From: Phycisphaerales bacterium
Lineage (GTDB): Bacteria > Planctomycetota > Phycisphaerae > Phycisphaerales > SM1A02
Assembly (NCBI GenBank): GCA_029245245.1
Contig: JAQWPT010000038.1
Coordinates: 33,052-97,051, forward strand
Length of the DNA stretch: 64,000 nucleotides
Direction of reading: 5' to 3'
Part shown: positions 39,249 through 48,711 of the stretch, piece after piece
Numbering within the stretch: position 1 is the first letter of the stretch
How the letters are laid out: each line of letters begins with the position of its first letter
Program-made: the position numbers and the translations under genes
Notes under the pieces: generated by a model
What the model saw: only the letters and a program-made list of their open reading frames with translations
Database searches by the model: none
Told to the model about the DNA's origin: nothing

Positions 39249-39818
39249 ATGGCCGTCCTGTGCGATTCACAGATCCAGGAAATGATCGGGATCGAACCCT
39301 TCAGCGCCAGTGAGCGCCGACCGAATACCGTCTCGTACGGAGTTTCGAGTTACGGCTACGACGTGCGAGTTGGGACTCGGTTCAAGATCTTCACCAACGC
39401 CACCAGCGGGGGGATCTCGATCGTTGATCCCAAGGCGTTCACGGATGACCTGTTCATCACCGTGGACACCGATGTGACCGGCCGGGACCACGTGATCATT
39501 CCACCCAACAGTTTCGCCCTGGCCGAAACCGTCGAGTGGATGGACATTCCCCGCGACGTCATGGTGGTCTGCGTCGGCAAGAGCACCTATGCTCGCTGTG
39601 GCCTGATCGTCAATGTGACCCCGCTGGAGCCGGAATGGCGAGGCAAGGTCACGCTGGAGATCAGCAACACCACCCCCCTGCCGGCGAAGGTGTATGCAAA
39701 CGAGGGAATTGCCCAGATGGTCTTCCTGAAGGCGGACCAGATCTGTGCGCGGAGTTATGCCGACAAGAGCGGCAAGTACCAGGACCAGGAGGGACTCACC
39801 CTTCCAAAGGTGGATTGA
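39249..39818 (+). CDS. dcd: dCTP deaminase
   Basis: ORF 38955..39818 trimmed to ATG 39249 ([13 protein letters not shown]...). Core [31 protein letters not shown] matches the Dcd/dUTPase-fold signature. Confidence 0.85.
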   Translation: MAVLCDSQIQEMIGIEPFSASERRPNTVSYGVSSYGYDVRVGTRFKIFTNATSGGISIVDPKAFTDDLFITVDTDVTGRDHVIIPPNSFALAETVEWMDIPRDVMVVCVGKSTYARCGLIVNVTPLEPEWRGKVTLEISNTTPLPAKVYANEGIAQMVFLKADQICARSYADKSGKYQDQEGLTLPKVD

Positions 39819-39912
39819 TCAGGGGAGCATGAAGCTCCCCCGGCACGGGTGCGTCGGAGCGGAAACCACGGCAACGGGACAGGGGTCCCGGCAGAGCGAC
39901 TCAGGGAACGAG

Positions 39913-42900
39913 ATGCACGTACAACGACGATTTACGACCAAGGGACAGGACGTCTTCAACTCCGTCGAATGGGAACAGCGATCCAGTCGGATCACGAACG
40001 CGGACGGATCAGTCGTGTTCGAGATGAACGACGCCTGGATTCCATCCCAGTGGAGCCAACTGGCAACAGACATCATGGTCAGCAAGTACTTCCGCAAGGC
40101 GGGCGTACCCCAGTTCCACGATGACGGAACTGCCGTGACCGCTGATGACGGGACCGCCGTGACCGGCCCGGAACGCTCGGCCCGACAGGTGATTCATCGC
40201 CTCGTTGGATGCTGGCGAGCCTGGGGCGAGAAGCACGGCTACTTCAACACCACCGAAGATGCCGATTCGTTCTACGACGAACTCTGCTGGATGATGCTCC
40301 ACCAGGCATCCGCACCCAACAGCCCACAGTGGTTCAACACCGGCCTGCACTGGGCCTACGGTATTTCCGGCCCGGCACAGGGCCACTGGGTCAACGACCC
40401 GGCCACCGGCGACGCCATGCTCGCCCACGACGCGTACTCGCACCCACAGCCCCACGCCTGCTTCATCCAGTCCATCGACGACGACCTTGTCGGCGAAGGC
40501 GGCATCATGGATCTCTGGACCCGCGAAGCCCGACTGTTCAAGTACGGTTCCGGCACCGGCACGAACTTCTCGAACATTCGTGGCGACGGCGAATCACTCT
40601 CCGGCGGCGGCAAGAGTTCGGGCCTGATGAGCTTCCTGAAGATCGGCGACCGGGCGGCCGGAGCGATCAAGTCCGGCGGTACCACCCGCCGGGCAGCGAA
40701 AATGGTCTGCCTCGACGCGGATCATCCGGACATCGAGGCCTTCGTCAACTGGAAGGTTCGCGAGGAACTGAAGGTCGGCGCAATGGTCGAAGGGCTCAAG
40801 CACCTCTCCCCGGAGCAGGTGGAACTGGCCGCTCGACTCGACCTCAAACTCGACTACGACTTCAATGGCGAGGCCTACCAGACGGTCTCCGACAGAACTC
40901 GAACAACTCGATCCGGCTCACGAGCGACTTCTTCCGGGCCGTGGATACCGATGCCGACTGGGACCTCATCCGGCGGACCGACGGCGACATCGCCAAGTCG
41001 ATTCCCGCCCGGGATCTCTGGGACCAACTCTGCTCCGCGGCATGGCAGTGCGCCGACCCCGGCGTGCAGTACGACTCCACCATCAACCAGTGGCATACCT
41101 GCCCGCAGTCCGGTCGCATCAACGCGTCGAACCCGTGCAGCGAGTACATGTTCCTCGACGACACGGCCTGCAACCTCGCCTCGATCAACCTTCTGAAGTT
41201 CTATGACGCTGGCACCCGCGAGTTCGACATCGACTCCTACGGACACGCGATCGACCTGTGGACCATGGTCCTGGAAATTTCGGTCCTCATGGCCGCATTC
41301 CCATCCCGGCACATCGCCGAGTTGAGTTACCAGTTCCGCACCCTCGGCCTCGGCTTCGCCAACCTCGGCGCCATGCTCATGCAGGCGGGCATCCCCTACG
41401 ACTCCAACGACGGCCGTGCCATCTGCAGCGCGCTCTCCGCCGTGCTGACGGGACGTTCCTATGCAATGAGTGCCCGCATGGCACGCGAACTCGGACCATT
41501 CCCCGGCTACGACGACAACCAGGAGGACATGCTCCGCGTCATCCGGAATCACCGCCGGGCCGCCCACGGTGTGGCCCGCGACGCCGATGAATGGGAGAAC
41601 CTGGACATCCGCCCCGTCTCCATTGATCACGAGTGCTTCACCAGCGACACCATGGGCATCAAGAACGCCCCGGCGCTGCTGTCCATGGCCACCGCCAGTT
41701 GGGACGAAGCCCTGGAACTGGGCGAAGAACATGGCTACCGCAATGCACAGGTCACGGTCATCGCCCCCACCGGCACGATCGGCCTGCTCATGGACTGCGA
41801 TACGACCGGCGTCGAGCCGGACTTCGCTCTCAGCAAGTTCAAGAAACTTGCCGGTGGCGGGTATTTCAAGATCGCCAACCAGTCCCTTCGCCCGGCACTG
41901 CGGGCCCTGGGCTACGACGAGGACACCACCCGCCTGATCATGAGTTACGTCATGGGAGCACTGTCACTGGACGTCCCGATGCCCGAGGGTGTCTCCGACG
42001 AAGGTGACGATCTGCTGCTGCGTGACTTCCTACGATCCAAGGGCTACACCCAGTACGACCTCACGGCCGTTGTCGACCAGTTGCCGATGGCCTTCGAACT
42101 CGGCTTTGCCTTCACCGCCTGGAACATGCCAGAGCACGTGCTGGAATCCTGCGGAGTCGACATCGACGCCGCCCGCGAGGATCCCACCTTCGACGGATTG
42201 ATGCTGCTGGGGCTCACCCGTGAACAGATCAGCGAACTCAATACCATCATCTGCGGCACGCAGACGATTGAAGGAGCTCCCGGTCTGCTCGAAGAGCACC
42301 TGCCGGTCTTCGACTGCGCCAACAAGTGCGGCCCCAACGGGCGACGATACATCGCCACTTCCGGCCACATCCGCATGATGGCGGCTTCGCAGCCGTTCAT
42401 CTCCGGCGCCATCTCCAAGACCATCAACCTGCCCCATGAAGCGACGATCGACAACATCGCCGAGTCCTACTGGCAGAGTTGGGAACTGGGGCTGAAGGCA
42501 AACGCGCTCTACCGCGATGGCTGCAAACTCAGCCAGCCGCTGAACACCACTGCCTCGACCGTTGAACTGGAAGAGGAAGCCACCGAGGACGATCTGGAAC
42601 TCGCCTCCGCCGCGACCGAGGTTGCGACCGACGTTGCCGAAACGGCCCGCCGCATCACTGCCGGCGAAGTCGAGCCGGGGATCGTGGAGCGAGTGGTTGA
42701 ACGGATCATCGAGCGGCCGATGCGTCGCCGCCTCGACGACACCCGCCGCAGTCTCACGCACCACTTCAACGTGGCCGGCCACGAGGGCTACCTCACCGTC
42801 GGCATGTATGAGGAGGGCGCCCCGGGCGAACTCTTCATCACCATGTCCAAGGAAGGATCGACCATCGGCGGACTCATGGACAGCCTCGGCACGGCCATCA

Positions 42901-43490
42901 GCGTCGCCCTGCAGTACGGCGTCCCCGTCGAGAGTCTCGTGACCAAGTTCGCGCACCAGCGTTTCGAGCCCCAGGGCATGACGACGAACCGGGAGATCCC
43001 GTTCGCCAAGAGCCTTGTGGACTACATCTTCCGCTGGATGGGCATGGAGTTCGTCGAAGGGTACCGCGAGGCCAACTCCTCGCAGCCACGACCGGTCCCG
43101 GCCCCGGCTCCGACCGCACGCGTGGAAACCAAGGACACACGAACGCAGATCAAGGAGGATCGTGCATGCACGGAAGCGGATTCCGATACGACACGCGTGA
43201 TCGGCACTTCGTCCGAACCCGGCGATCGCGCCCCGGCGAAGACCGGAGGTCCGGCCATGATCGACCCGGCGGCACGAGAGCATGCCGCCGTCGTCGCCCG
43301 GGAGACCGACGCCGCCACATCACCCGAGCAACCTGCCGCCACGGCCGCAGCGGCCACGCACGGGCTGAACCAGTCCACGGCAGTGCTCATGGGCGATGCT
43401 CCACCCTGCGATGGGTGCGGAGCGATCACCGTACGCAACGGCACGTGTTACAAGTGCATGAACTGCGGCAACTCGATGGGGTGCAGTTGA
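39913..43490 (+). pseudogene. nrdJ: class II (adenosylcobalamin-dependent) ribonucleotide reductase, reading frame broken by a 1-nt frameshift near 40890 (true lesion, recoding or sequencing error)
   Basis: ORF 39745..41196 carries the N-terminal third (MHVQRRFTTKG..., ..GGTTRRAAKMV.., ..FNGEAYQTVS). ORF 40209..43490 continues in another frame (QNSNNSIRLT.., SNPCSEYMFLDDTACNLASINL, C-terminal CDGCG..CYKCMNCG zinc ribbon). The two parts are collinear with a single NrdJ. Confidence 0.85.
40885..40895 (+). other. frameshift site inside nrdJ
   Basis: gtc tcc g|a cag aac. Restoring one G (gtc tcc gGa cag aac) would give the continuous ...YQTVSGQNSNNSIR... No X_XXY_YYZ slippery heptamer is present. 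Confidence 0.8.
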
Positions 43491-43764
43491 CACCCAGATG
43501 AACTCGACTCCCGCCCCTCACGGGGGTCGGGAACAAAGGATCGGACAGGGAACAGGAGGACATTACCAACGGGCTCGCCGAAGGGATTTCTGGCGAGTCC
43601 CGATGAGGACAAGGGATCTGTCCTTCGACCTGGACTCCAAGGTCGTTCTTCCCACGCTCTCCTCCCGATCCGAAGTGAACGCGAAGGTTCAAGGATGACC
43701 TTAGCACCTGGGGAAGCCCGCCTTCTTCCCAAAGGCATTTACAGGCTTCTTCTCTCTTCCCTCC

Positions 43765-43802
43765 CCCCCGGAACGGTACCCACCACCGTTTCGGGGGTTT
43801 TT
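43765..43802 (+). terminator. Rho-independent terminator
   Basis: 13-bp stem CCCCCGGAACGGT / ACCGTTTCGGGGG (one G-U pair), a 7-nt loop, then TTTTT. Lies about 275 nt after the nrdJ stop and about 45 nt before nuoA. Confidence 0.6.
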
Positions 43803-43817
43803 CATTCCCGACATTCG

Positions 43818-43847
43818 ATGACACGTTGACGTGCTGGTCGATAGAAT
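43818..43847 (+). promoter_or_regulatory. possible sigma70-like promoter for nuoA
   Basis: ATGACA (43818-23), 18-nt spacer, TAGAAT (43842-47). The predicted start near 43854-56 would make an mRNA that is leaderless at ATG 43855. Pattern match only. Confidence 0.2.
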
Positions 43848-44259
43848 GCCCGCCATGAGTTCGTCCCCACTCCTGCTCGCCTCCGGTCTCACCGACTACC
43901 TTCCCGTCGCGATCCTGATCGTGATGGCGGTCATCTTTGCCGCGGTGAACATCATCGGCGCCGGGATCCTGGGCCCCAAGGCCCATGGCGACGCCAAGGA
44001 CCAGACCTATGAATCCGGGATGAACCCGGTGGGCACGGCCCGCAAGCGGTTCAACATCCGCTTCTACATCGTGGCCATGACCTTCCTGGTCTTCGACATC
44101 GAGATCATCTTCCTCTACCCATGGGCCGTCGACTTCACACAGTTGGAGCCGATGAGCCACGAGTCGACGATTTTCTTCGGACGAATCCTCTTCTTCATCC
44201 TGACTTCAATCATTGCCTACGTCTACGCCTGGAAAAAGGGCGTCTTCCGCTGGGACTGA
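43846..44259 (+). CDS. nuoA: NADH-quinone oxidoreductase subunit A
   Basis: ...ESGMNPVGTARKRFNIRFYIVAMTFLVFDIEIIFLYPWAV is collinear with NuoA/ND3. Three TM helices. Start could be ATG 43846 or 43855. Confidence 0.8.
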   Translation: MPAMSSSPLLLASGLTDYLPVAILIVMAVIFAAVNIIGAGILGPKAHGDAKDQTYESGMNPVGTARKRFNIRFYIVAMTFLVFDIEIIFLYPWAVDFTQLEPMSHESTIFFGRILFFILTSIIAYVYAWKKGVFRWD

Positions 44260-44269
44260 GGACTCAAAC

Positions 44270-44557
44270 ATGTGCTGCCTTGTTGCTCTTCTGGGCCTGA
44301 TCTGCCCCCGAGTCGTCCTCTTCCTGGTCTGGTTGTTCAACCCGGCGTTCATCAATGCTGCGTACCCGAATTTCCTGGTCCCCCTGCTGGGCTTCATCTT
44401 CCTGCCGCTGACGACATTGGCCTACGCCTGGGCGTTCACCTTCGAGGGTGGAGCGGGCAGCGGGGCCGGCGTAATGGTGATCATCATCGCGGTGCTGCTT
44501 GATATCGGAAGCTGGGGCGGCGGTGCGGGCAGCGGCGCCGGCAAAAAAGCCGCCTGA
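44270..44557 (+). CDS. hypothetical small membrane protein (95 aa)
   Basis: ORF 44213..44557 trimmed to ATG 44270. Three hydrophobic helices and Gly-rich GGAGSGAG segments. No family recognised. Confidence 0.5.
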   Translation: MCCLVALLGLICPRVVLFLVWLFNPAFINAAYPNFLVPLLGFIFLPLTTLAYAWAFTFEGGAGSGAGVMVIIIAVLLDIGSWGGGAGSGAGKKAA

Positions 44558-44735
44558 GCCACCTCGATCACAGGCACACATGCCCCGGCCAGCACACGAT
44601 CGACTCGCATCCGATATGCGTCGTTCACCCTTGGCGAAAACTCCAAGAATCTACTTGGACCCTGTTTTGATTTCACTATGATCGGTGTCGGCCTGCTCAG
44701 CCACGGTGCTGAGCGGACTGGCCGGGGAGAGTTGT

Positions 44736-44790
44736 GGGGCATTGGTCTTCCCAGACCCATTGGGGAGCGGCGGGGTTTGCCTGCATCAAC
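44736..44790 (+). repeat. direct repeat copy A (about 55 nt) upstream of the GH64-like gene
   Basis: GGGGCATTGGTCTTCCCAGACCCATTGGGGAGCG...CCTGCATCAAC. The first 34 nt differ at one position from copy B at 46560. Contains a small hairpin GGTCT-TCCC-AGACC. Confidence 0.85.
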
Positions 44791-44890
44791 GCACAGTGCC
44801 ATGAACCGGTTCCGCCACATCGATGTGTCGGGACCCGAACAATGCCTGGCACCTCTGCATCCGCAGGGCCGGGGTGGGGAGAACGATTCG

Positions 44891-46549
44891 ATGAGAAAGA
44901 TCCACAGCAAAATGTATGGACGACACATCTGTGCACTCAGCGCACTCAGTGCACTGGGGTGCCTTGCGGCCTCAAGCATCGCATCTGCAGACATGACGTT
45001 TTACGTCGAGAACTCCACGACAAATATTCCCGACAAGGACATCTACATCTGGTTTGATACGACATGGGGCTGGCCAGGGAGCAGCCCTACTCCTGCTCAA
45101 CAGGGCATTCCGATCACGCAACTCACCCCCGTTTCACCCACTGATGATGGGATCGGCGGAACCTATTCGTTCACCTGCTCCAGCGCTTCGGGTTCCAGAC
45201 TCTACCTGTCAACCAACAAACCGATGATGGGGGGAATACCAAGCCAAAGTGATTTCGCACAGGGTTCACCAGACACATATACCCCTTTCACCATGCTCGA
45301 GTTCGATAGTTCGAACGGATGGAACGTTGACTTGTCGTATGTAGACAGTTACAGCTTTCCCATCAGTGCCCACATCCAACAAGGCCATGATGACATCAGC
45401 AGCCTTCCCTTTGTCGGCAGCGATGCTGATGTCGTAACGAGTCTCGAAGACGCCACGAGTTCTGCGCCAAGCGGCCAGTGGATCATCCGCAAGAACAAAC
45501 GATTCATACGATGCGTCAGTCCAAACGTATACTTCCCCGCCACGGGTCTGGCCCCCTACGACACCTGGACCAACCCCTGGCCGAAGTTCTATGACTACAT
45601 CCAGGCCCATAAGTCAGACATGAACACACCCGTAATGAAATGGGATGTCCAATGCGATGGGGTCTTCAGCGGCGAACTGCTCCTCTACGAGGATTCATCG
45701 GTTCCAGGAAACATGGTGCTAGAAGTCATGAATAACGGACAGTCGGTGAAGAAGATCTCGGATGACCACAACAGCGTGCTCCTTGATACGTTCCTGTATA
45801 CGGGGGGGCAAGGGGTTGATCTCTCGATCAAGCTTGCCAACATGGCTCTCGTGTACGGCTTCGTGGGCAGCACCGCAGATCTGGACTCGAAAGACCTCTC
45901 GTCTAACATAGGTTGCCCAAATTGGACGATCCCAGGATGTGCCTCTGATGACGTCAAATGGGCCAACTGCACGGCCGCTCCATATTCTCTAGACCTGTAC
46001 AACAAGGTCTCGCCCGGCAGCGGCAGCACGACCGTCAACAACCTTGTCTTGTCAGGGACAAACCCCCCCCTCGACGGCGATAAACTTCGGTGGATCATCG
46101 CGCAGGGTGCGGATCTGCAGCCTTCCAATACATACTACAGCACCTATTCCAACGCCATCATGGGAACCATTCAATCGGGTTGCTGCGACGCGGTCAATGA
46201 CACATGGGTCGGGTACAACGCGGGCTACACACACCAGAGCGCCGACGTCTGGAACAGCATGAAGGTCGACATGGTTTCCCAGTCCCCCCAACAATGTGGA
46301 CAGGGTACTGAACCCTCATCGTGCATTGACCGAATTCTGCTCAAGGTCATGCCCAACCAGACCTACACGGCAGGTCCTGCGGACATCAATGGCGATGAAA
46401 TTGTCAATGTCCTGGATCTTCTGGAGGTCCTCGATGACTGGGGGGCATCTCTCGAGGGTGATCAGTACCTGTCTGATGTAAATACTGATCTTGCCGTGGA
46501 TGTCACGGACCTCATGGCGGTGATCGATGACTGGGGACGCCAGTCATAA
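44891..46549 (+). CDS. secreted GH64 / thaumatin-like (beta-1,3-glucanase-like) protein with C-terminal dockerin-like module
   Basis: ORF 44678..46549 trimmed to ATG 44891 (signal MRKIHSKMYGRHICALSALSALGCLAASSIASA). The patterns TFYVENST..DIYIWF, SGSRLYLS and FTMLEFDSSNGWNVDLSYVDSYSFPIS resemble GH64-TLP superfamily blocks (from memory, not searched). GC is about 45-55%, clearly below the flanks. Confidence 0.55.
   Translation: MRKIHSKMYGRHICALSALSALGCLAASSIASADMTFYVENSTTNIPDKDIYIWFDTTWGWPGSSPTPAQQGIPITQLTPVSPTDDGIGGTYSFTCSSASGSRLYLSTNKPMMGGIPSQSDFAQGSPDTYTPFTMLEFDSSNGWNVDLSYVDSYSFPISAHIQQGHDDISSLPFVGSDADVVTSLEDATSSAPSGQWIIRKNKRFIRCVSPNVYFPATGLAPYDTWTNPWPKFYDYIQAHKSDMNTPVMKWDVQCDGVFSGELLLYEDSSVPGNMVLEVMNNGQSVKKISDDHNSVLLDTFLYTGGQGVDLSIKLANMALVYGFVGSTADLDSKDLSSNIGCPNWTIPGCASDDVKWANCTAAPYSLDLYNKVSPGSGSTTVNNLVLSGTNPPLDGDKLRWIIAQGADLQPSNTYYSTYSNAIMGTIQSGCCDAVNDTWVGYNAGYTHQSADVWNSMKVDMVSQSPQQCGQGTEPSSCIDRILLKVMPNQTYTAGPADINGDEIVNVLDLLEVLDDWGASLEGDQYLSDVNTDLAVDVTDLMAVIDDWGRQS
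46382..46537 (+). other. dockerin-like two-segment Ca-binding module (C-terminal)
   Basis: DINGDEIVNVLDLLEVLDDWG ... DVNTDLAVDVTDLMAVIDDWG. Confidence 0.65.
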
Positions 46550-46559
46550 GAACAAATGC

Positions 46560-46615
46560 GGGGCATTGGTCTTCCCAGACCTATTGGGGAGCGTGCGAGT
46601 AAGTCCTGCATCAAC
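46560..46615 (+). repeat. direct repeat copy B, immediately after the GH64-like stop
   Basis: GGGGCATTGGTCTTCCCAGACCTATTGGGGAGCG...CCTGCATCAAC. See copy A. Confidence 0.85.
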
Positions 46616-46628
46616 AAACCCGTTCACA

Positions 46629-46668
46629 CCACGGCCCCCGCCATTGAGCGAGGGCCGTGGCTCTTTTT
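46629..46668 (+). terminator. Rho-independent terminator (stem shared with the hairpin at 47217)
   Basis: CCACGGCCC - 14-nt loop - GGGCCGTGG, followed by CTCTTTTT. Confidence 0.6.
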
Positions 46669-47216
46669 GCAGAGCAGCAGATCCCCTGCACGCGTGCCGG
46701 CCCCAACTTCGTTGTGTCGAGCACGACGCCGCCTCGCGCATACCCACCGCAGTCGTAACACGATCCGGCCTTTTGGCAATGGCCGTTTCCAGCCCACATG
46801 AACCGCGCACTTTCGCTGCAGGTTTCCCAGTGTGACACGAGCAATTTCAGTTCGAAGAAATTTCGACGCTCTTTCTCGTCGCCACACAAGTGGCCGGTAG
46901 AACATGCCCTACGCGAAACGGATTCGCAACGGCACGCACGGAAACCACACAGGACTCCCCCATGACCCGTACCCCCCTTCTTCATTCGACCCAGGGCATC
47001 CCCGCACCCTTGCCCACCCACCATCGCCCCTCCACCCGTGGCACGGATCCCCGCACCAGGCGGACCTGATTTCCCGTCGCCCGATCCCCTGTTCGAAGCC
47101 CAGGTGGAGTGCAGTTTCCACGACGAAACTGATGCACGGAATGCATGGTGATCCTGGAACGGCTGCACCTCCCAGCGGAGACCAGGACCACCCCCACCGC
47201 CAGGCGACGATCAGCC

Positions 47217-47249
47217 CCACGGCCCTCGAAGGTTCGACGAGGGCCGTGG
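47217..47249 (+). repeat. strong hairpin sharing its stem sequence with the 46629 terminator
   Basis: CCACGGCCCTCG - 9-nt loop - CGAGGGCCGTGG (12 bp) with no T-run. The 14 nt CGAGGGCCGTGGCT are identical in both elements. Lies 40 nt upstream of tRNA-Pro. Confidence 0.6.
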
Positions 47250-47289
47250 CTGCATGGAGTCCCGAACATTCGGATAGGATGCCCCCGCG

Positions 47290-47363
47290 CGGGGCGTAGC
47301 TCAGTTTGGCAGAGCGCGTGCTTTGGGAGCACGAGGTCGCAGGTTCGAATCCTGTCGCCCCGA
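47290..47363 (+). tRNA. tRNA-Pro (anticodon UGG)
   Basis: Hand-folded cloverleaf. Acceptor CGGGGCG/CGCCCCG, D stem GCUC/GAGC, anticodon stem CGUGC/GCACG with loop UUUGGGA (UGG, G37), T arm GCAGG-UUCGAAU-CCUGU, discriminator A. CCA is not encoded. Confidence 0.9.
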
Positions 47364-47382
47364 TTCCGTCGCCAGGAATCGA

Positions 47383-48618
47383 TCAGCCCAGGGGCAGGGT
47401 CAGCACCGGGGCGGACTGGCTGGAATCACCGCCACTGATCTGCAGGTTCATCAGTTCGACCGCAAGCGTGAAGGCACGCTTGGATGCCAGTTCGTGGTCG
47501 TCGATGTAAAACCAGTAGTTCCTGCTTTGCACCGCAACCCAGGCGTTCTCCGGGCGAGTACGGCCCTCGTGGATGTGCAGGATCAGCCGCAGGTGCTCCT
47601 CGGCACTGATGGCCAGGTCGCCGCTGGCGAACCCGGGGACGACGATTCCGGCATCCTGGTCCTTGGCGGGCAGGTCGACCGCGAGACTCAGGAAGTTCAT
47701 CACCCCATAGAACGAACGCGTTCGTATGCGGATGCTGTCCGTTGTCGAAGTCGGGGACGTCTGGTACTTGAGGTTGCCCAACCAGTAGAAGGGCGCCTCG
47801 GGGTCGAGATTCAGAAGCGAGAGGAAGATCCGCCCCGCCTCCGTCTCCCGGGCCGAGGGCTCGATCCAGATGATCGGTTCAAGGCCGTAGGTATGCAGGG
47901 CCCATTCCCCGGAGCCGTCATCCTTTTCCTTCCATCGCTTGCCGCTCTGGATCGCGGCCAGGTGGTCCGCGGGTCGAAGGTCCGCGACCCCGACGCTGCC
48001 CTCGTAGTTGTCGTAGGCCTTGAGGAAGCCGCAGATGATCTCATCACGCTCCTGCAACGTGGTGATGGCCCCGATGAGTTTTCCGAACTCGGCGTCCCCA
48101 CCACGGATCGGCAGGCTGCCACCGACGTCGAAACTCCGAACCCCGTTGGCGTTCTCCACCAGCAGGACGAAGAGGTGATCGAGGCGGTAGCCCGCACCGG
48201 ACAGGTAGGCGATGTTCGTGGGATCGATCGAACCGAGCATCTGCTTGGCGACCGCCTCGCCCTGGCGAGGCTCGATGGAGATGGTGGGGCTGTCCATGAA
48301 GGTGAGGTTTCCGTCGATGCCCCAGGCCATCGGACTCGTCACCGCATTGGGCCATGCCAGGTCGGTACTTCCACCACCACTGGTCTGGAACTGGGTGGTG
48401 ATCCCGGACACGGAGACGAACTGCGGCGCCTCGGCGTAGCGCATCCGCACGATGTTCAGCAGGAGTTCCTCGTTCATCACCTGCCGCACCGCCTTGTTGT
48501 AGTCGATGTGGCTGTTCATGATCAGTTTCGGGCCGTTGGTACAGCCCGGGAGCAGCAGGCTGATCAGCACCGCGCTGGCGAGAGAACTGGCGAGAGAAGA
48601 GGTGTGCCGTGTCATCAT
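47383..48618 (-). CDS. hypothetical lipoprotein (411 aa)
   Basis: Signal plus lipobox MMTRHTSSLASSLASAVLISLLLPGC. Balanced coding-like composition (N, K, Y, F, I present), unlike the Arg/Gly-rich antisense ORF 47323..48687. Confidence 0.65.
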   Translation of the reverse strand: MMTRHTSSLASSLASAVLISLLLPGCTNGPKLIMNSHIDYNKAVRQVMNEELLLNIVRMRYAEAPQFVSVSGITTQFQTSGGGSTDLAWPNAVTSPMAWGIDGNLTFMDSPTISIEPRQGEAVAKQMLGSIDPTNIAYLSGAGYRLDHLFVLLVENANGVRSFDVGGSLPIRGGDAEFGKLIGAITTLQERDEIICGFLKAYDNYEGSVGVADLRPADHLAAIQSGKRWKEKDDGSGEWALHTYGLEPIIWIEPSARETEAGRIFLSLLNLDPEAPFYWLGNLKYQTSPTSTTDSIRIRTRSFYGVMNFLSLAVDLPAKDQDAGIVVPGFASGDLAISAEEHLRLILHIHEGRTRPENAWVAVQSRNYWFYIDDHELASKRAFTLAVELMNLQISGGDSSQSAPVLTLPLG

Positions 48619-48653
48619 GGAGTCTCCTTGGCGTGCCAGTGTAAACCATGCAT

Positions 48654-48683
48654 GCGAAACGGGCCGCCCCCGAGGGGCGGCCC
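48654..48683 (-). terminator. possible intrinsic terminator after the 48712 lipoprotein gene
   Basis: Perfect 10-bp GC stem GGGCCGCCCC/GGGGCGGCCC with a 3-nt loop. On the minus strand it is followed only by GTTTCG, a weak U-tract. Confidence 0.4.
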
Positions 48684-48711
48684 GTGAATCGCTCGAGTCG
48701 TGGAAGGCGAA

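Noticed and set aside
39745-43490. Treating ORFs 39745..41196 and 40209..43490 as two independent overlapping genes
   Set aside because: The 3' part of the first ORF and the 5' part of the second translate to low-complexity junk. Their meaningful parts join seamlessly into one NrdJ at about 40890.
43498-43698. 66-aa ORF between nrdJ and nuoA
   Set aside because: No RBS, an Arg/Gly-rich composition that is not protein-like, and the region folds into stems. Treated as RNA or UTR instead.
46904-47299. 131-aa ORF, and neighbouring short ORFs, in the region upstream of tRNA-Pro
   Set aside because: Pro/His/Arg-rich translation, no start context, and the ORF runs into the tRNA gene. Treated as non-coding.
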